Assembly (NCBI GenBank): GCA_002439085.1
Contig: DJSW01000029.1
Location: 70,114-134,113, forward strand
Length of the DNA stretch: 64,000 nt
Reading direction: 5' to 3'
Source: Alphaproteobacteria bacterium UBA6324
GTDB lineage: Bacteria > Pseudomonadota > Alphaproteobacteria > CAAGCB01 > CAG-977
Part shown: piece by piece, positions 1 to 8,929 of the stretch
Position numbering within the stretch: the stretch's first letter is position 1
Layout of the letters: each line of letters starts with the position of its first letter
Notes under the pieces: generated by a model
Told to the model about the DNA's origin: nothing
Databases searched by the model: none
The model's input: the letters and a program-made list of their open reading frames with translations, nothing else
Translations under genes and position numbers: made by a program

Positions 1-7
1 CCTGACC

Positions 8-1984
8 ATGCGCGTTTCAACCGATTACGCGACGCCGCAGATGAATTTGAAAACACAAACGTCGTTGAGCAAAACCGCGCTGGCGTCGCAGATCGTCGCG
101 GAAATCACCGAAGGCGATTTGATGAAAGACGGCGAAAAGACCGGTTCCGTTTCCGGCAATCTGGAAATCACCGTCAACGGCGGCGTTTTGACCAAGGGAC
201 AGGCCGATCTGACGCTGTCGTCGTCATCGCAAAAGCTGAAATTGAAAGCCGACGTGACCCCCAAGGACGACGCGTTTGACGTGGTGGCGGATCTGAGCCG
301 GTCGTTTGAAAACCCGCAGGACGCCGCCGGAAAGTTTGTCGGTGATTTGAATTTGAAAGCGTCGAATGTCAAAGTGAAAGGCACTTTCAAAAAATTCGAC
401 GGCGAACTGCCGCTGCAAATCGCGGCTTCGTCGCTGACCAACGGGAAAATGGCCGTCCGCGATTTGAAAACCGACGCCGACCTGTATTTTTCATGCGCGG
501 ACGCGAATTGCACGGTAAAGCTGAAAAAACCGATGAAAGCGGGATTTTCCAGCCTGCAGGCGAACGCCTATTTCCGACAGATCAAGCTGTTCACGCCGCT
601 GGAACTGACGATCAATCCCGACGCGAACGATCCGTTTATGACTTCGACGGGCGGGGAATTGCGCTTCACGCTGCCGCTGTCCGCGTTTTCCACGCACGTG
701 TTCATCGCGGACAACACGGCCAACACGCAGGTCGCCGTCGCGGTCAACGGGATGAAATCGCATTTCGGCTATAACGTGTTTTCCGGCGCGTATTCCGGCG
801 ACGCCACGTTCGCCCAGTCCGGTTTCGCCAACAAGGATCTGAAAATGACCGGCATTCAGGGCATCGCGTCGTTCACCAAAGCAACATTGCCGGACGTCCG
901 TCTGCGCGTCGCCAAGGCCGAGCTGACGCGTCCCGACATCCTGCCCGCGTTTTCCGCCGACCTGCGTTTCCGCCCGATGAGCCAGAGCGAATTCGGCATG
1001 GACGCCAACTTCTCGATTCAAAACGGGCTGGTGACGGCGACGGCAAACGGGTCATATACCCTGCCTTCGCACGAATGGAATATGTACGCGGTCGTTCCCA
1101 AATTCATCCTGTCCGACAACGGGCTGACTTTGGAAAGCGTCCTGCCGTTCATGAAACCCTATCTGCCCGCGGACACGCGCGGCGGTCTGGCCGCCCGAGG
1201 CCGTCTGTCCGTCAAGGACGGCAAAGTCGCGGGGCCGATCGAAATCCTGTTGGAAAACATGGAAACGGCGTGGAACGGCATCGGAATCGAGGGAATGAAC
1301 GGCGTTCTGACGTTCTCGTCGCTGTACCCGTTGGAAACGCCGGCGAACCAGAAACTGTACATCGGCGCGCTGAAAACGGGGCTGCCGATGCAAAACGCGC
1401 TGTTCAATTTCCGCGTCGTCGCCAATCAGGGAATCGAAGTCGCCAACGCGCGCATGAAATACGCCGAGGGTCAGTTCAAAACGATCAAGCCGTTCTTCAT
1501 CCCCTACGAAGGCCAGACCTCGCAGATTTTGCTGGAAGGCAGCGGCATCAACCTGTCGTCCGTGGCAAGCAACCTGAAATCGAACGCGCTGCAGATCGAC
1601 GGCGTGATGAATTCCGAATGGCAGCTGTCCTACACGGGCAAACAGCTGAACATCGTCAAAGCGGTGCTGACATCGAAACTGCCCGGCACGTTGCATTTCG
1701 CCCCGTCGGCCGCGACGGCGAAAAAGATGAATCCGCAGATGCGCGATTTCCTCAAAGACGTCATCGTCAAAAAGATGAAAGTTACAGCTAAAGGCCAGAT
1801 GGACGGACCGGTCGCTTTCAATGTATCAATAACGGGACATTCGCCGTTGGACACAGAGGAAGCGGATCAGGACGTTTCTTTCGATTTCAAGGGAAGTTTC
1901 AAAAACCTCTTGAAACAGGAAGGCGGATTGATGGAGATCCCGTCCGACATTCTGCTGTCGTTGCAGGATTACATGAAGAAATAA
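8..1984 (+). CDS. Large hypothetical protein, possibly YdbH/AsmA-like, probably 5'-truncated at the window edge
   Basis: The frame is open up to position 1, so the gene probably continues upstream. The 658-aa product is repetitive and beta-rich, with no catalytic motif I recognise. The family assignment is tentative. Confidence 0.4.
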   Translation: MRVSTDYATPQMNLKTQTSLSKTALASQIVAEITEGDLMKDGEKTGSVSGNLEITVNGGVLTKGQADLTLSSSSQKLKLKADVTPKDDAFDVVADLSRSFENPQDAAGKFVGDLNLKASNVKVKGTFKKFDGELPLQIAASSLTNGKMAVRDLKTDADLYFSCADANCTVKLKKPMKAGFSSLQANAYFRQIKLFTPLELTINPDANDPFMTSTGGELRFTLPLSAFSTHVFIADNTANTQVAVAVNGMKSHFGYNVFSGAYSGDATFAQSGFANKDLKMTGIQGIASFTKATLPDVRLRVAKAELTRPDILPAFSADLRFRPMSQSEFGMDANFSIQNGLVTATANGSYTLPSHEWNMYAVVPKFILSDNGLTLESVLPFMKPYLPADTRGGLAARGRLSVKDGKVAGPIEILLENMETAWNGIGIEGMNGVLTFSSLYPLETPANQKLYIGALKTGLPMQNALFNFRVVANQGIEVANARMKYAEGQFKTIKPFFIPYEGQTSQILLEGSGINLSSVASNLKSNALQIDGVMNSEWQLSYTGKQLNIVKAVLTSKLPGTLHFAPSAATAKKMNPQMRDFLKDVIVKKMKVTAKGQMDGPVAFNVSITGHSPLDTEEADQDVSFDFKGSFKNLLKQEGGLMEIPSDILLSLQDYMKK

Positions 1985-1993
1985 GAGGGGCTG

Positions 1994-3673
1994 ATGAAAT
2001 TCGGGGAGTTTCCTGTATATGACGCGTTGGGCGTCGAATTGACCCATTCCGTCAAATGTCGGGAAAAAACCCTGAAAAAAGGCCACATCCTGACATCGGC
2101 CGACATCGGTTTGCTGCAATACGCGGGCGTTAAAACCGTCGTCGGCGTGCAGTTTTCCGCGCAAGATGTCATGCCGCAAACCGCCGCGGACATTTTGTTG
2201 AAAGTCATGGCGGGCGATTTTTTGCGCTACACCCTGCCCGACGAAACGGGATACAGCGAAATTTTCGCGGACACGGACGGCGTTTTCGTTTACGAAACGG
2301 AACGCCTGCACCGTTTCAACGCGAACAGCGAAGGCGTTTCCCTGATGACGGTGCAATCCTACCGTCCCGTTTACAAAGGCCAGTTCGTCGCGAATTTGCG
2401 CCTGTTTGAACCGGCTGTCACGGCGCAAACGCTGAACGAAGCGGTCACGAAAATATCGGGCACGGGATCGCTGTTGAAAATCGCGCCCTACGCTTTTTGC
2501 AAAATCGGATTCATCCGAACCGTCACCGACCCCGCGCACGTCACACCCTTGGATGAAAAAGAGCTGGCCGCGCGGTTCGGCGTGTACGGGTTCGAGGTTG
2601 TCTGTCACGATTTATGCGAACACAATTCGCAGCGGCTGGAAAAAGCCATTCGCGACGCCATTGACGCCCGCGCCGAAATCGTTTTGATCGAAAGCCCCCA
2701 CCCGCCCTTGCACCGCGACGATGTCGTCCCGACGGCGATCAAGGAATCCGCCGGCGACATCGACAGGCTGGGCTGGCCGGTCGATACGGGGCTGTCGCTG
2801 GTCATCGGGCATAAAAACGACGTGAAGCTGCTGGGGTATTGCACCGACGACGCGGACAAACCGGCGTTGGACACGCTGATGCGTTTTCTGGCGACGAAAT
2901 CCCTGCCCGACGCGTCCGTGTTCCCGTCCTTGGCCGAAAACAGCCTGTCCCTGCAGCGGCAGGCGAAACGCATCACGGCGGAACAGGCGGAAAACTCGGT
3001 CGCCGTCGGTTCCGTGTCGGACAGCGAAAAAATCGCCGTCGTCATTTTGGCGGCGGGGGCGTCGCGGCGGATGATCGGATCGAACAAGCTTCTGGAACCT
3101 TTACAGGGGCTGGCGATGATCGAACACGCCGTGCGGTCGGCGCTGTCGTCAAAGGCGGATTATGTCGTCGTCGTCACGGGACACGACGCGAAATTCATTG
3201 AAAAGCGGCTGGAATCCTACGATGTCAAAATCGTGCGCAACCCCGATTACGTTTCCGGCGTTCTGGGGTCGATCCGGCTGGGACTGGCCGTCCTGCCGCC
3301 CGACATCGCGGGCGCGGTCGTTCTGCCCGCGGATATGCCCGCGTTCACGGAAGAATACATCGACCGCATGATCGACGCGTTTGACGCGAAAGCCAAACGC
3401 CCGCCCGTCGTCATGCCGTCGTACAACGGCGTCCGCCACAACCCCGTTTTGTGGCCGCGCGACCTGTTCAAATACGTCAAGATCATTCCCGAAGATTCCC
3501 ATTGGACGCCGGCGCTGATCGAACATTCGGACTATATCCGCGAAATCGAATTGAAAGACGACCTGCCGTTGACGGACATCAACACGCACGGCGATCTGGA
3601 AAAATACAAATCCCGCGCGGATCTGGTGTCCAGCGCGGAACAGGATCTGTTCGCGTTGGAAAACGGACGGTAA
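1994..3673 (+). CDS. Two-domain protein: N-terminal molybdopterin-binding-like domain fused to a MobA/MocA-like nucleotidyltransferase domain
   Basis: The C-terminal part reads IAVVILAAGASRRM...NKLL...VVVTGHD, which is the GT-A/MobA-like NTP-transferase signature found in molybdenum cofactor cytidylyl/guanylyltransferases. The N-terminal roughly 330 aa look like a MoeA/CinA-type domain. The start is 9 nt after the upstream stop. Confidence 0.55.
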   Translation: MKFGEFPVYDALGVELTHSVKCREKTLKKGHILTSADIGLLQYAGVKTVVGVQFSAQDVMPQTAADILLKVMAGDFLRYTLPDETGYSEIFADTDGVFVYETERLHRFNANSEGVSLMTVQSYRPVYKGQFVANLRLFEPAVTAQTLNEAVTKISGTGSLLKIAPYAFCKIGFIRTVTDPAHVTPLDEKELAARFGVYGFEVVCHDLCEHNSQRLEKAIRDAIDARAEIVLIESPHPPLHRDDVVPTAIKESAGDIDRLGWPVDTGLSLVIGHKNDVKLLGYCTDDADKPALDTLMRFLATKSLPDASVFPSLAENSLSLQRQAKRITAEQAENSVAVGSVSDSEKIAVVILAAGASRRMIGSNKLLEPLQGLAMIEHAVRSALSSKADYVVVVTGHDAKFIEKRLESYDVKIVRNPDYVSGVLGSIRLGLAVLPPDIAGAVVLPADMPAFTEEYIDRMIDAFDAKAKRPPVVMPSYNGVRHNPVLWPRDLFKYVKIIPEDSHWTPALIEHSDYIREIELKDDLPLTDINTHGDLEKYKSRADLVSSAEQDLFALENGR

Positions 3674-3756
3674 AAAAACTTTTGCGCAAAGATTGCGTTC
3701 GCCCCGCCTCTCCTGTATCCTTTTCGACAGGTTATCCGTTTGATTGGAATTGCATA

Positions 3757-6306
3757 ATGGCGGCGGCGCGAAACGTTTTCAAAACATCACTTGTCCTTTT
3801 CATCCTGATTTTCGCGGCGGCCTGTTCGCCGGAAAAAAAGCATCCGTGGTATGAAACGGTGTCCATGTACCACGTTCTGGTCAAATCGTTTTACGATTCC
3901 GACGGCGACGGCAAAGGCGATTTGAAAGGGTTGACGCAAAAGCTGGATTACATCAAAAGCCTGAACGTCAACACGATCCACCCCCTGCCGCTGACGCCGG
4001 CGCTGAACGTCCCCGAAATGCCGCGCAGCCAATACGGGTACGAAATCACGGATTTTAAAAACGTCCACCCCGATTACGGCACGATGGATGATTTCAAAAC
4101 CCTGACGAAAGAGGCGCACAAACGCGGCCTGCACGTCGTTTTGGATTTCATCACGACCGTCATTTCCGTCCGCCATCCCTTTTTCCAAGACATTCTGACC
4201 AACCCCGACAGCAAATACAAAAGCTGGATCATCACGGCCGACGAAATCCCCGCCGGCGAATGGATGAATTTCAACGATTACGCGGAACAGTTCAAATCAT
4301 CCGCGTGGAAACCGCTGCCGTTTGGCGGATATTACTATTCCCTGTGGGGCAATTCGCCGTTTTTGGATTACCACAACCCCGCTGTGCGCGACTACATCCT
4401 TTCCGTCGTCGATTTCTGGCTGGACGCGGGGGCGGACGGTTTCCGCATCGACGCGACAAAGCATCTGTACATTAACGGCGCGGGGGAATCGAAACAGTAC
4501 CACCAGCCCGAAAATTTTGAATTTTGGAAAGAGCTGCGCCGCCACATCACGGAAAAGCACGGCACGGACAAAGTGTTGATCGCCGAAACGATCCCCGTGC
4601 CGAACAACATCGCCTATGTGACGCCGAACCGCGAAATGTTCGATTTGATGTTCGATTCCACGTTCATCAACGACATCTACCCGTACAGGAAAACGGACGC
4701 CGATTTGCTGTATTCCGCGCCCTATCTTCATTCGTTTTTCGGCAATCCCGACGTTTTCAAGCTGACGCCGTTAAAGGACAGGCTGGTTTATCATTCGGAT
4801 CACGACGGCGCGCGGCTAGCCACCCGATTGGCCGACCCGACGCCCGACCGGCTGAAAATCGCCGCATCGATCCTGCTGCTGACGCCCGCCCACGTCAAGC
4901 TGTACGCCGGCGACGAAACGGGCATCAAAGGGTTTTCGGATTTCAAGGATTTCAAAAACAAATGGTTCCACGCGACCGTGGCCACCATGGCGTGGGACAA
5001 TTCCAAAAACGGCGGATTTTCAACGTCGGACGCACCCGTCGTGCCGGTCACGGACGATTATGCCGCCGTCAACGTCAAATCGCAGGACAAGGATGAAACG
5101 TCCCTGCTGAACCATTACCGCGGTTTGCTGAAACTGAAAAACAGCCGCCCCGATTTGTTTTTCAAAGGCGAACGCGCCGCGCTGAACGCCGCCAACGACA
5201 AGGTTTACGCCTATCTGTTAAACGGCGGGGACGCGACGGCGATGGTGCTGATCAACCTGTCCGGCAAACCGGAACAATTCTCGATCGACCTGTCGGCGTT
5301 CCGCCCCGACGGAATGAAAAAACTGTTCGGCCGCGGCAAAATCGACATCCGGACGGACGACGGCGTTGTGCGGGGAACCGTGCCGCCCCGCGAAACGTTC
5401 GTGTATGAATTTAAAAAATTCGACCGAACCGCCTTTCCAAAAAAACGCGACGCGCTGGGTGAAAAGGCCGTCCGCGTCGCCGCCGATGAAACGACGGTGT
5501 CCGATCCCGCCGCGGTTTATATTCTGAACCCGCCCGAATCCGGCGCCGTCCTGCGCCTGTTCAAAGGACAGGGGAAAGCCGGACTGACCGCCTATTCCGT
5601 TTACGGCGCAAACAAGCTGTCGGAAACGTTCGACGGCGTTTTGGACACGACGGACGGCGACGTGACGATTCCCGTTTTGGCGGGGACAACGGACGTGATC
5701 GCCTTTTCAACGTCCGGCATCCGGTTTCGGGTGGAAAACGCGCCCCCCGCTTCGGCCGTTCCCGAAAACCTGACGTTGCTGGCCGAAAACGGTAAAAACA
5801 AAAACCTGCGCGCCCTATATACGGGAAAAGACGGCAATTTCCGCTATTTCAAAATTGAACGGTCGGCGGAAAACGCCCTGCCGTTGAACGGCGGAGTGGA
5901 TTTCGTTTTGTTCGTCAGCTCGCTTGACCGCCCCCGCGTCCAACACAAGACAACCTTTTGGCATTTGCCCGAAGTCGTGTCCCGCCGCCCCGTTGACGGC
6001 ATGATCTTGTACGAACGCCACATCAAATACGGCCGCGTCCAAACCGACATCAACGCGATGCGCAATTTCGGCGTCGCCGCCGTCGGCAAATCGTTCATTT
6101 TTGAAACGCCGGACGCGTTTTACGTCATGATCGCCGACGGTGTCCTGCCGCGCGGCAAAATCGCCGTCGCTCCGTTTGTCTGGAGCGCGGGCGGACGGTG
6201 GGGCGAACGGCCGCCGGAAACATTCCCCGTTGTCGAACGCCTGCCCGACGACGGAACGAAGACGCGCAAACCCGATTTGATCGAAGATTACTTGGAACTG
6301 CCATGA
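3757..6306 (+). CDS. GH13 alpha-amylase family glycoside hydrolase, lipoprotein, with a long C-terminal extension
   Basis: The ATG at 3757 gives a signal peptide plus lipobox (LILIFAAACSP). GH13 motifs are present: DGDGKGDLKGL (region I-like) and GADGFRIDATKHL (catalytic Asp region). The C-terminal roughly 350 aa have unknown function. The ORF-track start at 3451 is rejected. Confidence 0.75.
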   Translation: MAAARNVFKTSLVLFILIFAAACSPEKKHPWYETVSMYHVLVKSFYDSDGDGKGDLKGLTQKLDYIKSLNVNTIHPLPLTPALNVPEMPRSQYGYEITDFKNVHPDYGTMDDFKTLTKEAHKRGLHVVLDFITTVISVRHPFFQDILTNPDSKYKSWIITADEIPAGEWMNFNDYAEQFKSSAWKPLPFGGYYYSLWGNSPFLDYHNPAVRDYILSVVDFWLDAGADGFRIDATKHLYINGAGESKQYHQPENFEFWKELRRHITEKHGTDKVLIAETIPVPNNIAYVTPNREMFDLMFDSTFINDIYPYRKTDADLLYSAPYLHSFFGNPDVFKLTPLKDRLVYHSDHDGARLATRLADPTPDRLKIAASILLLTPAHVKLYAGDETGIKGFSDFKDFKNKWFHATVATMAWDNSKNGGFSTSDAPVVPVTDDYAAVNVKSQDKDETSLLNHYRGLLKLKNSRPDLFFKGERAALNAANDKVYAYLLNGGDATAMVLINLSGKPEQFSIDLSAFRPDGMKKLFGRGKIDIRTDDGVVRGTVPPRETFVYEFKKFDRTAFPKKRDALGEKAVRVAADETTVSDPAAVYILNPPESGAVLRLFKGQGKAGLTAYSVYGANKLSETFDGVLDTTDGDVTIPVLAGTTDVIAFSTSGIRFRVENAPPASAVPENLTLLAENGKNKNLRALYTGKDGNFRYFKIERSAENALPLNGGVDFVLFVSSLDRPRVQHKTTFWHLPEVVSRRPVDGMILYERHIKYGRVQTDINAMRNFGVAAVGKSFIFETPDAFYVMIADGVLPRGKIAVAPFVWSAGGRWGERPPETFPVVERLPDDGTKTRKPDLIEDYLELP

Positions 6307-7694
6307 CGCCTTTAAGCAAATACGGGCGGCAAATCGCCGTCCTGTCCGTCCTGTTCTGGATCGTGCTGTTTCTGATCAATTTCGGACACGGCGCGGGGTG
6401 GTCGGGCGTCTATTCGATTTTGATCAAGAAAACCAGCACGCAATCGCTGTCCTGCTTTTTCCTGTTTTCCGCGCTGGGTTCGTTCGTTTTAAACCTGATT
6501 TTGATGTTTTTCGCCGACCGCGTCGCCAGTGAAAAGCTGGTTCAGCTGTCGTTTATCGGGTTTATCGCCGTGCTGGCCGCCGATTTGGCCGTTTTGCGCG
6601 CCGAACCGTCCTTTTCCGCGCCGTGTTTCAGGGGGACGCTGATCTTTCTGGCGGTGTTGATCATCTCCGTCCCGTCGGTGTTCATCATCCAGACGTGGAA
6701 CCTGATCAACAAAACCTTTTCCCCGAAAAGCGCGGCCGACATCTATCCCCTGTTGACGACCGCCCCCCTGATCGGCAGCATCGCGGGCGGATTCGCGGCC
6801 AACCGGATGCCGAAATACGGACCGACGGAATCGCTGGTCGCGACGTGGGGTGCGTGCATTTTGATCGCAATCGCCGTCACGGCCGTATTGACCCGCCTGT
6901 TGAAACAAAGCGGCGTCACCGGCGGACAAAACGCGGAAAAAACGACGCCGGCCGATTTGGCGCGCAATTTCAAAGACGGATTTTTCCATTACAAATCGTC
7001 GGCATTCGCCCTGCACCTCAGCGTCGTGTTCATATCGTTCTGGCTGGTTTGCACGATCATTGATTTCTGTTACGCCAAAACGCTGGATAAAACCTACGCG
7101 ACATCCGAGGAAATGGCGTCCTTTTACGGCGGATACACGACCGCCGCCAACGTCACCGCCCTGCTGATTCAAACGTTTCTGGGGGCAAAGCTGTTGAAAA
7201 CGACGGGCGTGCGCAACGGGTTTTTCTTTCTGCCCTGTTCGCAGATTCTGTGCTTCACCGTCATGCTGGCGGCGCCGGGGCTGTACCCGATCGTCGCGGC
7301 CATGTTCATGCAAACGCTGATCGGTATGTCAGTGCAATCCAATTCCGTGCAAGTGTCGTTCAACGTGTTCGCGCGCGACATCCGCGGCAAGATCCGCACT
7401 CTGCTGGAGGGCGTGCTGAACCCGCTGGGCGGCGTGATCGGGTCGGTAATCCTGATCGTGATCGGCAAGCTGTCCGAAAACGACGCGCTGATCGTTGAAA
7501 AGATATTGCCCTATATCGGCATCCTGTTTTCCGCCGTCTGGCTGGCGGCCGTTTTCAAGATTCGGAAAAGCTATCCGGCGGAGGCGGAAAAAACGGCGCG
7601 CAGCCCCGACCCGCGCGATCAAAACGACGCGGCCGAAGCGTTGCAGATCGAACGGTCGGCTGCCGGATTTTGGAAAAAAAGCGCGAAAGATTAG
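6303..7694 (+). CDS. Polytopic membrane transporter (MFS-like or nucleotide-transporter-like fold)
   Basis: The ATG at 6303 overlaps the amylase stop (ATGA). There are about 12 predicted hydrophobic helices in two halves. Its position next to a GH13 enzyme suggests a sugar or maltodextrin substrate, but this is not certain. Confidence 0.5.
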   Translation: MTPLSKYGRQIAVLSVLFWIVLFLINFGHGAGWSGVYSILIKKTSTQSLSCFFLFSALGSFVLNLILMFFADRVASEKLVQLSFIGFIAVLAADLAVLRAEPSFSAPCFRGTLIFLAVLIISVPSVFIIQTWNLINKTFSPKSAADIYPLLTTAPLIGSIAGGFAANRMPKYGPTESLVATWGACILIAIAVTAVLTRLLKQSGVTGGQNAEKTTPADLARNFKDGFFHYKSSAFALHLSVVFISFWLVCTIIDFCYAKTLDKTYATSEEMASFYGGYTTAANVTALLIQTFLGAKLLKTTGVRNGFFFLPCSQILCFTVMLAAPGLYPIVAAMFMQTLIGMSVQSNSVQVSFNVFARDIRGKIRTLLEGVLNPLGGVIGSVILIVIGKLSENDALIVEKILPYIGILFSAVWLAAVFKIRKSYPAEAEKTARSPDPRDQNDAAEALQIERSAAGFWKKSAKD

Positions 7695-7758
7695 ACAAAA
7701 AACTTTTCAAACCGCTTTTTTTCTGCCACAATGCGTTAAAGTTTACAAAGGATCCGTC

Positions 7759-8127
7759 ATGTCAAAACAACAAGAGCTGGAAGCCGAACGTTTCATCCAC
7801 CGCGCGATGCAGTACCTGAAATCGACCTTTCCCGAAAAAACGCGGGATATGGACGACGAATCGTTGAAAAACAAGCTGATCGACGATTGCCAGACGGCGT
7901 TGGAACACGGGTTCGACACGGAATCCGACATGATGCTGGTCGTCGATTTCCTGTGGCGGCTGCCCGCGGATTACGCCGCGTCGCCCGAATACGAATGGGT
8001 GGCGGAAATTTTGGCGTCCGCGGATATGGACAACGAAATGAAAATCGACGCCCTGCACGACGCTTTGGCCGCGGTTGAAGCTTTGGCGCAGACGGAAAAC
8101 GAGGGGGACGAACATGAAGAAGACTGA
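7759..8127 (+). CDS. Small acidic hypothetical protein (122 aa)
   Basis: AAAGGA Shine-Dalgarno sits 7 nt upstream of the ATG at 7759. The product is highly acidic (it ends ...ENEGDEHEED). The gene overlaps the downstream gene by 14 nt. Confidence 0.5.
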   Translation: MSKQQELEAERFIHRAMQYLKSTFPEKTRDMDDESLKNKLIDDCQTALEHGFDTESDMMLVVDFLWRLPADYAASPEYEWVAEILASADMDNEMKIDALHDALAAVEALAQTENEGDEHEED

Positions 8128-8839
8128 GGCGACCGGCGAAAACACACCGTGCAAAGCGACCCTTTACGTCGAATCGCCCGCGGCGATGATCCCGCCCCAT
8201 TTGAAAAACGCCGTCATGAACCGCGAAGGCGATGTCGGCGCGACGACGGGACACGCGTTCATCGGCATCACGGACAAAGACGGCAAGGAAACCGTCTATG
8301 GATTCCATTCCGCCGCCGGATTGCCGGAAAACGCGGACATTACGCTGGGAACGCGTTTGAAATTCCTGCTGTCCGGCAAATACGACGGCTTTGTCGGCGA
8401 CGATTCCAAAGAACCGTACGACGACAAAATGGTCTATCACATTTCCCAAAAACAGTATGACAAGATCAAAGCCTACGCCGACGAACAAAAGAAAAACCCG
8501 CCGAAATACCAGATTTTTTCCGGCAACTGCGTCCTGTTCGCGTACAAGGCGATGAAACAGGCCGGATTGAAACTGCCGCCCCAGCCGTTTTTCCACAATC
8601 CCGCCGCGGCCGTTCTGGGCATCCGCATTTACGGCAAGGCACAAAAGATCAAGCAGAAACTGGGACAGGCGGCCGCTAAAATTCTGGGGCGTTTTTCCTC
8701 CACCCGCAAAATATCCAAAGACATTTTGCAAGAGCTGAAGAAAAAACCGTCCAAGCAGGCTTTCGGCGTCAAGGCCGTCACGGAATCGCTGGCAAAAAAC
8801 GCGGCCGCTCTGCGCAAAAAAATGGCGGGCGGACGGTAG
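8114..8839 (+). CDS. LRAT-like / permuted NlpC-P60 superfamily protein (putative acyltransferase or phospholipase), Lys-rich C-terminal tail
   Basis: A GGGGGA Shine-Dalgarno precedes the ATG at 8114. A His-containing motif (GHAFIGI) is followed about 105 aa later by a Cys motif (SGNCVLFAYKA). This resembles the HxGIY ... NCEHF arrangement and spacing of LRAT/HRASLS enzymes. There is no signal peptide. Confidence 0.4.
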   Translation: MKKTEATGENTPCKATLYVESPAAMIPPHLKNAVMNREGDVGATTGHAFIGITDKDGKETVYGFHSAAGLPENADITLGTRLKFLLSGKYDGFVGDDSKEPYDDKMVYHISQKQYDKIKAYADEQKKNPPKYQIFSGNCVLFAYKAMKQAGLKLPPQPFFHNPAAAVLGIRIYGKAQKIKQKLGQAAAKILGRFSSTRKISKDILQELKKKPSKQAFGVKAVTESLAKNAAALRKKMAGGR

Positions 8840-8862
8840 GCTTTTTTTATTGAAACAGACGA

Positions 8863-8892
8863 CGCCGGTCTTTACTTCGACCGGCGTTTTTT
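8863..8892 (+). terminator. Rho-independent terminator after the two-gene module
   Basis: Stem CGCCGGTC / GACCGGCG with a tttacttc-ga loop, followed by TTTTTT. Confidence 0.6.
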
Positions 8893-8929
8893 GTTACTTT
8901 TGAACAACTCAACTTTATCGGATCGTGCC

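Noticed and set aside
3451-3756. N-terminal 102-aa extension of the GH13 ORF overlapping the upstream gene
   Set aside because: It is in a different frame from, and overlaps, the MobA-like gene. The ATG at 3757 gives a proper lipoprotein signal peptide.
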